Source: Thermofilaceae archaeon | Lineage (GTDB): Archaea > Thermoproteota > Thermoprotei > Thermofilales > Thermofilaceae | Reading direction: 5' to 3' | DNA: 64,000 nt | Assembly: GCA_038727095.1 (NCBI GenBank) | Contig: JAVYWK010000001.1 | Location: forward strand, 1 to 64,000 | Shown here: piece after piece, positions 28,156-36,712 of the stretch | How positions within the stretch are numbered: the first letter of the stretch is position 1 | Layout: each line of letters opens with the position of its first letter | Notes under the pieces: model-generated | What the model was told of the DNA's origin: nothing | Database searches by the model: none | Seen by the model: only the letters and a program-made list of their open reading frames with translations | Translations under genes and position numbers: made by a program

Positions 28156-28919
28156 AAGACAATTCTCGCACAGGAGTTTAGAGAGTAACGCTCAGATCAG
28201 GACGCCAGCTTCAAACACGCGAAATCAAACCGTTCGCCCCCTCCTCAGCCAGACAATGGAGCCGCAGCCGATTAACGCTCAACACGTCACCGTTGAATCG
28301 GGGCTACCACTCGACCATCAGCGCTGACTCTAGCCCTGTTTGCCGGCACCGTTATAGCCCCGGAGTCATATGAGCCCTACACACCCGCACTATGAGAGTA
28401 TATCTGGGGGCGACGATAAGTGCCGTATGAACATGAATTCGAAAATCAGAGATGCTTTCAGTCTCACATTCTAGCTAGAATCGTAATCTCATAAGAGTTC
28501 CTCCAGATGCTTGCTCATCAGTAGTGCCGATCTGCTCCGTCTCTGACTTCAGGCTTTCCTTGCAGCCTTCCTGTCAAACACAGAATTTATGTTGTAAGGT
28601 AACCGATAAAGAAGATGCAAACTTCCTGAACTGAGTGTAGTAATTCGTTACGATGCGGTGGTGCCAGGGCGCTCCCCTCCAGCGATAGGCACTCCCTCGA
28701 TCTAGTTACAGTTCTTTCCCCGTGACAACCATAGGTACAAGGAACAGCTTCGAGGCACTAGTCACCGTACACGGGCGCCCCCTCGCCAAAGTGGTCTTCC
28801 AGCTTTGCGGGCCCGTAGCCGTAATCCAGAACTACGCAGAGCAGCAACGTGAATAAAGCTACCCTCCACTTCATCGTGAGGAGGGAAAAGGAAAACGAAT
28901 TTGTTTAATCCCCCATCTC

Positions 28920-30347
28920 TCAACCCCCTTCGAGAACCTCGATCTTGATCCGCAGCAGCCCGTTACCGGAGATGTACAGCCAGCCCGCTCTCGTCCCCTC
29001 CTCGGGCTGGTGAGGCAGCCTAGCTCTATAGGCTGGCCCGCAGCTCACCCACTGCCCGCTTCTGTTGTAGAGGCAGGTGAAGTGCTCGCCGAGGGTTGCG
29101 TAGAAGAGGGTGTTGTTGCCGCCGGGCACTGGGAACAGGTTGTAGAGCGCCGTCAGGATGCCGCTGTCCACCTCGAAGATGTACTGGCCGGGCCCGAAGT
29201 AGTAGCCGGCCGAGAAGCAGAGGTCGTCGTTCCTGATGACGACCTCGATCGCGTTGACCGCCGGGTCCCTCACCCCTTCCCAGGATGCTTCAACGTGGAT
29301 CCTGAGCTTCCTCCAGGGCGGAACCTCGATGTTGTAGGCCCAGCAGCTGTAGCCGTCGTAGGCGCCCTTGACCTCCAGCCAGCCGTCGCCGAGGTACTTC
29401 GCCTCCCCGTCGAAGGGTACGACGAGGTACTTCGAGGGGTTGACCTCGACTCTCACGGGGCCGGCGGGGGTGAGGACCTCCATCCAAGCGCCCCCCGCGA
29501 GCCTCTTCGCGTAGACGACCAGCTGCTCCAGGAGGGTGTCGCTCGACGCGTTGAACCTGTAGTACCGGTCGTGCACTGGGCTCCCGTTGACGATCCAGCC
29601 GGCTAGGCAGACCCTGTGGGTCTCGTTGTAGGCTACGCAGCCTGCCCTGTCGACGCCGTAGGGGTAGAGGTAGAGAGTGGTGTTGAGGGGGACGCCCAGC
29701 ACCGCGTCGCTCGCGACGAAGGTCCCGTTGATGGGGGTTGGGGGTTGCGTGATGAGCTGGATGGGGATGAGCACGCCCTTCAGCTCGATTTCGGCTTCAA
29801 CCCTCCTGAACACCAGCGTTAGGGTCGTATCGCCCTCCACCGTCAGCAGCGTGGAGCCGTTCAGCGGCATGTATCGGCGCGGGGCAACAGGCGTCACGTT
29901 CACCACGCTGCACCGCTGGAGGCTCAGCTCGACTGGGAGGGTGTGGAGCGTCCCGTTCACCAGCGCGGACGCGTTAGCCGCGTTCGCGACGATTAGGAGC
30001 GTGTGGATCGGCCTCTCGAAAACCGCCCTGACCGTCGTGTTGCCCCCGATGGCCAGCTCAAACTTGGAGTCCTCGACCGGCGTCCCATTCACTAGTAACT
30101 GCTTCAGGGTGTGACAGGGATCGGGTACCGCTTCAACTACGGCAGTGAAGGGTCTGGTGGAGTTCACGATGCTCTGCGAAGAACCGTTCACCAGCAGCCT
30201 GCCGAGGCCATTCACTTCCAACGTTAGCAGGTAGATGATTTTCGCAGCACCTGTTGGACTGGTACCCTTGAGCTGCCCGCCATGGAAGAACAGTAGTGCT
30301 GCCAGCACAGCCGCCGCTGCAAGCAGTGCCGGCAGAACCCTCCTCAT
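28920..30347 (-). CDS. Secreted/membrane-anchored surface glycoprotein (paralog B)
   Basis: N-terminal ~180 aa highly similar to 13794..15281; divergent C-half ending GWLYISGNGLLRIKIEVLE. Confidence 0.75.
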   Translation of the reverse strand: MRRVLPALLAAAAVLAALLFFHGGQLKGTSPTGAAKIIYLLTLEVNGLGRLLVNGSSQSIVNSTRPFTAVVEAVPDPCHTLKQLLVNGTPVEDSKFELAIGGNTTVRAVFERPIHTLLIVANAANASALVNGTLHTLPVELSLQRCSVVNVTPVAPRRYMPLNGSTLLTVEGDTTLTLVFRRVEAEIELKGVLIPIQLITQPPTPINGTFVASDAVLGVPLNTTLYLYPYGVDRAGCVAYNETHRVCLAGWIVNGSPVHDRYYRFNASSDTLLEQLVVYAKRLAGGAWMEVLTPAGPVRVEVNPSKYLVVPFDGEAKYLGDGWLEVKGAYDGYSCWAYNIEVPPWRKLRIHVEASWEGVRDPAVNAIEVVIRNDDLCFSAGYYFGPGQYIFEVDSGILTALYNLFPVPGGNNTLFYATLGEHFTCLYNRSGQWVSCGPAYRARLPHQPEEGTRAGWLYISGNGLLRIKIEVLEGG

Positions 30348-30658
30348 TGCGGTATATACTACAACACCAGTATTTAACAGTCTTGCTGGTTCGTGGGGGC
30401 ACTTACAATTTACCGCATGGGATGACCTTAGAAGGCTGTAGCGGCTGAAGAGAGGGGGGTGAGAGAACTGTAGCGGGGGCCTGGTGGCGTTGAATCAGCT
30501 TGTGGCGGGGCTAAAGGGCGCTAGGAGGGGTAAGCCGAACACATGGATCACCGTCCGCAGCCTCGAAGAGAGATTTGCGAGGGTTGGCCGAGAGGGGTTC
30601 TGTGGTATGAGAGCTAGAAGGTATATGGTGAAGTGTGGGCCCCCGAACCTTGGCTGCC

Positions 30659-31153
30659 TCATATCATCATGCTCAGTAATAGCCTGCTCCTGTTGTCGAG
30701 CTTCTCGGGCTCCTCCACGATGTACGCGCGGTTGTAGATGTCCCTTATCAGGAGCCGGCCATCCCTCAGGACCCTCACCGCCCGACCCCACGAGTAGAAT
30801 GTTACCTCGCCCTTGTCGGTGACGACTTTCCACTCGTACTTCCCCTCTACGCTCCGGAGGCTGAGAACCTTCTTGACCTTCGGCATGAAGTAGATGACCT
30901 TGAGAACCCGCTCTATCAGCTCCCTCGACTTGGGGTCGAGACGGCGGTAGTCGCGCAGCATGCCCAGCTCCTCGTTATCCCTGTACAGGATCACGATCTC
31001 GGGGTAGGAGAAGGGGAAGGGCCTCTTCGGCCTAACCCCCTTGTACGCTACACCGTCGATCTCAACGTCCAACTCGTCCAGCCGCGCTTCCAGCACTCTG
31101 ACGCGGAGGGGGTCAAGGATCCTAAGGCTGCTGTGCGAGGACAACCTGCTCAC
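30659..31153 (-). CDS. DUF1854 domain protein
   Basis: VRPKRPFPFS, YFMPKV, WKVVTDKG, LLIRD; overlaps the ABC gene as is typical for this family. Confidence 0.8.
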   Translation of the reverse strand: MSRLSSHSSLRILDPLRVRVLEARLDELDVEIDGVAYKGVRPKRPFPFSYPEIVILYRDNEELGMLRDYRRLDPKSRELIERVLKVIYFMPKVKKVLSLRSVEGKYEWKVVTDKGEVTFYSWGRAVRVLRDGRLLIRDIYNRAYIVEEPEKLDNRSRLLLSMMI

Positions 31154-33344
31154 CCCCACCCTCAACCTTCGCTTCGGTCATCCTCATGAGACCCTTCAGC
31201 TGCGCCTCCCAGAGACGCTTGTACAACCCGTCCCTCCTCAGCAGCTCCTCGTGCTTGCCCTCCTCCACGATCCTCCCGTTCTCCATCACGATGATGCGGT
31301 CGGTGAAGCGGAGCGTCGAAAGCCTGTGGGCGATGATGATCGTGGTCCTCCCCCTAGTCATCCTCTCCAGCTCCTCCGTCACTTCGTCCTCCGTCAAAGC
31401 GTCCAGAGCGGCCGTCGGCTCGTCGAGGATCAGGATCTTCGGGTTCTTGAGAAGCGCAGCTGCAAGCGCGACCCTAGCCCTCTCGCCGCCCGAGAGGCGG
31501 GAGCCCTGCATGCCCACCTCCGTGTCGTACGCCTCGGGGAGGCGCATGATGAAGTCGTGGGCCCTCGCAACCTTCGCTGCCGCGATGATCTCCTCGGGCG
31601 TCGCATCGGGTTTGCCCAGCATGATGTTCTCGGCAATCGTTGTGTCGAGCAGGACGGGGTTCTGCAGGACGATCGCCACCTGGCTCTTCAGGGAGGAGAG
31701 CTTGATCCTCCTCACGTCGATCCCATCGTACTTGAGGACGCCCACCTGCGGGTCGTACAGGTGCAGGAGGAGCTTAGCCAGCGTCGTCTTACCTGAGCCG
31801 CTGGGCCCCACGAACCCCACCCTCTCCCCCGGCGCGATCCTCAGAGTGACGCCCTTGAGCGCGTAGTGGATCCCGTCGTAGGTGAACCACACGTTGTCGC
31901 ACTCGATGCCCCCCTTCAGCTCGAGGCTCACCGCGTCGGGCGAGTCCTGGACGTCGGGCTTGAGGTCGAGCAGCTCGAAGACCCTGCCCGCTGCGACAGC
32001 GAGCAGCTGCAGGTTCCTCACGTTCTCGATGAGGCCGAAGACGGGGGAGTAGAACTGCCACATGTAGCTAGTGAAGGCCATCAGCGAGCCGAGGCTCATC
32101 ACACCCTGTAGCACATCCCTGCCGCCGAACCACCACACGAGGAGGCTGCTGATCGTGAAGGCTAGTCCGACCGCGGGCCATATTTGCTGCTCAAACTTGA
32201 AGACGTCCATCTGCGCGCGCTCGAACTCGGTCTGCTGGCTCTCGAACCTATCGACGAACTCGCTCTCCTTCCCGAAGCTCTTGACGAGTATCGCGGCGTT
32301 GATGGTGTCCGAGATGACAGAGACGATCCTGGACCACTTCCGCCACAGCCTGTGGTAGTATCGGCTGGCCGTCTTCCTGTAGATGAGGTTCCCGGTCACG
32401 CTCACGGGTATCGGCATGAGGGCGATCAGTGTGAGCCATGGGTTCATCGTGGCGAGCATGATGCCGACGAACACGACCATCGCCGCGTTGATGAAGAGCG
32501 GGATGAAGGCGGCGGAGAGGAACCACTGAACTCTGTTCACGTCGTCAACGATCCTCGACCAGAGGCCTCCCGCCCCGAACCTGTCGTAGTGGGTGAGGGA
32601 GAGCTCCTGCAGCTTCCTGTAGACGTGACTGCGGAGCGTGTTTGTGACGCCCACGTTGAACCGTGTGTTGAAGTAGGCGTTGAGCGAGTTTAGCACGGTG
32701 TTGACGAGGTTGACGGCCAGTAGCCCGAGGATCACGTTGAGGAGCAGATCCGCCCTGCTCTTCATCAGCACCTCGTCGACGAGGATCTTCATCAGGTAGG
32801 GCGGGACGAGCCCAACCACTCTGATGGCGACGGCCACGACGATCGTTGCCACGAAGATCCCGGAGATCGGCTTGAGAAGCCCGAGCAGGCGGATGATGGC
32901 CGCTCTCACGCTCTTACGCTCCTCCACCTTCGACTTGCTGAGGAGCTGATCCTTAAGGAGCTGGTAGGGGATTTTCCCGACGACCAGGTTGTTGACTATC
33001 GTGACAAGCTTGTCGAACGCCTCCAGCCTCCCCCTAGTGAAGACCGCCAAGCTGCGGGGGCCTTCGTCGGTGTCGACGGTTAGCACGCACGTGTTGATGT
33101 AGCCCCTTATCGAGGCGGTTGTGATCTTTTCAAGGGGGACCGCTTCGACCAGCCTCTCGTTGACCACCAGGAGCCGAAGGTTGGTGAGAACGACGAGCTC
33201 CTCGCCGTAGTCTCCACCCACCATGTCCGTCTTCGCCAGGGCAACAACCTCCTCCCCCTCCTCGAGCACCGACTTGACGCTGGAGGGGATCTCATCGGGT
33301 TTAGGGTAGATGCGCAGCGAGTCTTGGTCGAGCGATGCCGGCAT
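31122..33344 (-). CDS. ABC exporter (N-terminal PH-like domain + TMD + NBD)
   Basis: GPSGSGKT, LSGGER, ILDEPT, IAHRLST; six-TM domain; VVLTNLRLL PH-like N-terminus. Confidence 0.9.
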   Translation of the reverse strand: MPASLDQDSLRIYPKPDEIPSSVKSVLEEGEEVVALAKTDMVGGDYGEELVVLTNLRLLVVNERLVEAVPLEKITTASIRGYINTCVLTVDTDEGPRSLAVFTRGRLEAFDKLVTIVNNLVVGKIPYQLLKDQLLSKSKVEERKSVRAAIIRLLGLLKPISGIFVATIVVAVAIRVVGLVPPYLMKILVDEVLMKSRADLLLNVILGLLAVNLVNTVLNSLNAYFNTRFNVGVTNTLRSHVYRKLQELSLTHYDRFGAGGLWSRIVDDVNRVQWFLSAAFIPLFINAAMVVFVGIMLATMNPWLTLIALMPIPVSVTGNLIYRKTASRYYHRLWRKWSRIVSVISDTINAAILVKSFGKESEFVDRFESQQTEFERAQMDVFKFEQQIWPAVGLAFTISSLLVWWFGGRDVLQGVMSLGSLMAFTSYMWQFYSPVFGLIENVRNLQLLAVAAGRVFELLDLKPDVQDSPDAVSLELKGGIECDNVWFTYDGIHYALKGVTLRIAPGERVGFVGPSGSGKTTLAKLLLHLYDPQVGVLKYDGIDVRRIKLSSLKSQVAIVLQNPVLLDTTIAENIMLGKPDATPEEIIAAAKVARAHDFIMRLPEAYDTEVGMQGSRLSGGERARVALAAALLKNPKILILDEPTAALDALTEDEVTEELERMTRGRTTIIIAHRLSTLRFTDRIIVMENGRIVEEGKHEELLRRDGLYKRLWEAQLKGLMRMTEAKVEGGGEQVVLAQQP

Positions 33345-33427
33345 ACCAGCAACGCCCCTCCCCGAAGCCCAATTAAACGTTTCCTACATTGAGACAAGGT
33401 TTAAAGTGCCTGGCGCAAGCTCTAATC

Positions 33428-33484
33428 GCCCATGAAGATCCATTGCAGCGCTGGATCATGATGAAAAGGTTTCCGGCCTGAGGC
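33428..33484 (+). ncRNA. C/D box methylation-guide sRNA (probable 16S targets)
   Basis: C ATGAAGA 33432-38, D' TGGA 33452-55, C' ATGATGA 33458-64, D CTGA 33478-81, GCC/GGC stem, TTTAAA upstream. Confidence 0.85.
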
Positions 33485-33486
33485 TC

Positions 33487-34443
33487 CTAGGCGCTCTCGA
33501 TACCCTTCTCGGTCACCAGGAACTTCGCGCTCGCTCCGCGTGGGAGGATGGGGGAGTCGAGAACCTCCATCAGCCATACATCTCCAGCTCTCCGTAGAAC
33601 CAGCCTGTGTGTTGAGGCGTGGGCGATGATGTTGCCGCCGGCGGGCACCTTCAGCGCGACGCCCCAGGGCACCGGCTGGGAGAGTACCTGGTTGGTTATC
33701 GCGACGACGGCTCCGTACCGCCTCGCGTATCGTTTAAGCCAATCCAGCAGGTAGTTGATCCGCTGCTGCCTGGCTGCCAGCATTTCCCTGCCCTTGAACT
33801 CGGCACGGTACAGAGCTATGATGCTGTCAACGACTATGAGCCGTACATTGTCACGGAGTAGGGAGGGTAGATCCTCGATAACCGCCTCCTCCAGCTCGTC
33901 CACGTTCAACGGCCTAACCACGTACAGGCCGGCCAGCGCGTCCTCAACGCCGAAGCGGTCGCCGATCGCTTCGACCCGCCCCGGGCTGAAGGTGCCCTCC
34001 GTGTCGATGTAGACGGCTTTCCCCGAAAGCCCCCCTTTGGATGGGGGCAGCTGGGCCGTCACAGCGAGCTGGTGGCAGAGCTGGGTCTTCCCCGTGCCGA
34101 ACTCGCCCGCGAACTCGTAGATGTCCCAAACCCTCAGGCCGCCGCCCAGCAGCTCGTCGAGAGCCCCAACACCGGTCGTCAGCAGGTCGCGTTCCTCGAG
34201 CATCCTCGCGTACTCTGGGCCCCTGAAGGTGCGCCGAACCTGCCGCGCTTCACGCACGTGCTTCCTCGCGGCTCTGACGATCGCTGCTGCTTTCTCCAGC
34301 TCGATCCCAACCCTCTCAGCTAGCTCCTCTGGGTTGAAGAGGGCTAGATCCTCGACGCACTGAACGGCTTCCGCCACCTTCTCGAGCGTCAGCTTGCCCA
34401 CTCCGGGGACCTTTAGCTCCCGAACCGGTGTGCAATCGCTCAC
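33487..34443 (-). CDS. radA: RadA/Rad51-family recombinase (probably a divergent paralog)
   Basis: HhH N-domain, GEFGTGKTQLCHQL, YIDTEGTF, IVVDS, TNQV, GGNIIAHASTHR. Confidence 0.85.
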   Translation of the reverse strand: MSDCTPVRELKVPGVGKLTLEKVAEAVQCVEDLALFNPEELAERVGIELEKAAAIVRAARKHVREARQVRRTFRGPEYARMLEERDLLTTGVGALDELLGGGLRVWDIYEFAGEFGTGKTQLCHQLAVTAQLPPSKGGLSGKAVYIDTEGTFSPGRVEAIGDRFGVEDALAGLYVVRPLNVDELEEAVIEDLPSLLRDNVRLIVVDSIIALYRAEFKGREMLAARQQRINYLLDWLKRYARRYGAVVAITNQVLSQPVPWGVALKVPAGGNIIAHASTHRLVLRRAGDVWLMEVLDSPILPRGASAKFLVTEKGIESA

Positions 34444-35003
34444 AGGACCTTCACCTCGCCGTCCACGACCACCAACTCCTCACCCCTCCAGCCTCTCGCC
34501 CTAATAACGGTGTGGAGCCAGCGCCATAGGCTGGCGAGCCCCGCCGATCCCGTGACGATGAAGGGAACCTTGTAGACGCTGCTCACCCTCTCCATGATGT
34601 CCAGCGCGTAGAGTACCCCCTCTCGGGCGTGCCTACTGAAGCGCGCATCAGGCTCCTCAACGAGGATCGGTCTCCTTTCGACTTCCAGCAGCTGGGGCAC
34701 TTCGATGAGGAGCTCCCAGAGGAAGTCGTCGTCCCGGCTGCCCCCGACGGTAAGCGGCTCAATGTTAACCGCGAACTCAACTCCTGAGAGGAGGGTTAGG
34801 CCGGGCGATAGGGTGAGGCTGCCGGCGGGGTGCCTCAGTTCAGCGATCAGGGGTTTCAGGAGGATTCTGTGCCTCGCAGCCCGCTCCAGGAGCCTCTCCG
34901 CCTCTTCGCGGCCGACCCACTGGGCCAGCTCCTCCAGCCTCAAGCACTTGAGGTGGGTGAGCGTTAAGAGGAGCTTGCCCACCGTCACGTAGGCCGGCTT
35001 CAC
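34440..35003 (-). CDS. Hypothetical protein, translationally coupled to the radA-like gene
   Basis: GTGA overlaps on both sides; no Walker A motif. Confidence 0.65.
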   Translation of the reverse strand: MKPAYVTVGKLLLTLTHLKCLRLEELAQWVGREEAERLLERAARHRILLKPLIAELRHPAGSLTLSPGLTLLSGVEFAVNIEPLTVGGSRDDDFLWELLIEVPQLLEVERRPILVEEPDARFSRHAREGVLYALDIMERVSSVYKVPFIVTGSAGLASLWRWLHTVIRARGWRGEELVVVDGEVKVL

Positions 35004-35356
35004 GTTCTCCCCCTCTCTCCGATCACCTGCAGCCACGGGTTGCCGCGGAGCCACTCCGGCAGGCTGGGGGCTCTCGGCTCGGAAACCTGTAGCGGCTCGG
35101 CGCTGGGGAGAGCGTGTTCTGAGGCGTTGAGCTCGCGGAGCGCTTCGAGGAGCTTCATCCTCACTCTCTCCCCCTTCTCCGTCAACCTCACCAACTTGGT
35201 GCGACCCAATCGCTCGACCCTGGCGAGACCCATGCTCTCCAGCGTGCGTACGACGCTCCAGGCCCTTCTCGAGTTCCGGTTGATTTGGGAGACCCTGACG
35301 CCGTCGCCGATGCGCAGGGTCCAGAAGAGGGCTTTCACCTCCGCCTCTCGATGCAC
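35000..35356 (-). CDS. Winged-helix DNA-binding protein
   Basis: VVRTLESMGLARVERLGRTKLVRLTEKG. Confidence 0.8.
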   Translation of the reverse strand: MHREAEVKALFWTLRIGDGVRVSQINRNSRRAWSVVRTLESMGLARVERLGRTKLVRLTEKGERVRMKLLEALRELNASEHALPSAEPLQVSEPRAPSLPEWLRGNPWLQVIGERGRT

Positions 35357-35387
35357 GCTAAAAAGAGGAGAATCAGGATAAAATCCT

Positions 35388-36677
35388 TTACTTCAATAGG
35401 CCGTGCTTTCGGGCGATCTCGACGAACTTGGGCAGGAGCTCCCAGCCGTGCTCCACTACTCCTAAGCTACCCCTGGCGCACTCCTTCTCTGTGAAGCGGA
35501 GGACGTTGTCGGGTTTGACGCCGGGCAGGTAGACGGCGACGGGAACTGGGTCGCCGGTGTGGGCTTTCGCCCGTGGGGGTGTCGCGTGGTCCGCAGTAAC
35601 GATTATAGCCGTCTCGCTCAGGTCGATTCTCTCGAGGAGGGGGGCGACGAAGTAGGTGTCGATGGCCTCTATGGCGCCGGCCTTCGCGTCGGCTAAGCCG
35701 TCGTGGCCGGGCTCGTCGGGGCCCTTCAGGTGCACGTAGACGGCATCCACTCGGCGTAGAAGATCGAGCGTTGCCCGGAGCCTCGTTAGGTAGTCACCGG
35801 CTTTGTCGCTGGTGGGCTCCCCCACTTCGGCGACCTCCATTCCCAACAGCTTCGCGATGCCCCTCTCGACCGGCATCTCCACAACCGCGCCGAACCTCAA
35901 GCCGAAGCGCGCTTCGATCGGCTCTACCTTCGGTAGCGCTCCACCCGCATCCCTGACGAGGATGACGTTGGCCTTCGGCTGGCCTTTCGCCTCCCTCTTC
36001 TTGTTCACCGGGTGGTTGCTCAGCACCTCTATCGCCCTCCTCGTGAAAATGTTGACGAGCTCCGCCGTAGCCCGGGCCTCCGGCGTGTCGACGAGGGGTT
36101 TGCACTCTGCTACGCGCTTCTCGAAGGTTGGCCTCGCGACCGATATCTTGCCGACCCTCGCGTAGGCAGGGTCGGTGTTCTCAACTTCGTCTGAGAGCCT
36201 GTGGCTCCTGCTGCCGACGACTACGACTCCTCTGTGCCCGACCGTGGCCTTGACTCTCACGTAGCCGCCGTAAGCCCCTAGCTCCATCCCGTCGAGGGCG
36301 TTCGCCAGCTCGCGCGCCTCCTCGGAGTGCAGGCTCCGCCCCACCCTGCGATCGAGGATCTCAAGAGTCCTCTCGTCTATAGTGGCGAAGTTCGCTCTGA
36401 AGGCCACCTCATAGCCCTCCCTAATCTCGATGTCCGCTCCGAGGGCCTCTAGCGGCCCTCTACCCGTGTAGTACACGTGCGGGTCGTAGCCGAGGAGGGC
36501 CATGACAGCAGCGTCGCTCTCCGGGGCAACCCCCCTCGCTATGGGGTACATCAGCCCGCAGAGGGAGAGCCGGGCGATCCGGTCGAGAGCTTCGGTCTTC
36601 GCGAGCTCGAGGCTCGTCTTAGGATCGGTGGGGGAGTCTGCAGCCCCGTCAATGACCAGGTAGATCAGCTTCACCAT
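35388..36677 (-). CDS. apgM: 2,3-bisphosphoglycerate-independent phosphoglycerate mutase
   Basis: IDGAAD, PESD, YTGRGPLEALG, HLKGPDEPGHDG, TADHATP, HTGDPVP. Confidence 0.93.
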   Translation of the reverse strand: MVKLIYLVIDGAADSPTDPKTSLELAKTEALDRIARLSLCGLMYPIARGVAPESDAAVMALLGYDPHVYYTGRGPLEALGADIEIREGYEVAFRANFATIDERTLEILDRRVGRSLHSEEARELANALDGMELGAYGGYVRVKATVGHRGVVVVGSRSHRLSDEVENTDPAYARVGKISVARPTFEKRVAECKPLVDTPEARATAELVNIFTRRAIEVLSNHPVNKKREAKGQPKANVILVRDAGGALPKVEPIEARFGLRFGAVVEMPVERGIAKLLGMEVAEVGEPTSDKAGDYLTRLRATLDLLRRVDAVYVHLKGPDEPGHDGLADAKAGAIEAIDTYFVAPLLERIDLSETAIIVTADHATPPRAKAHTGDPVPVAVYLPGVKPDNVLRFTEKECARGSLGVVEHGWELLPKFVEIARKHGLLK

Positions 36678-36712
36678 CGGCCACCCCTCTCTGGAGCGTT
36701 AATAAGCCTGCG

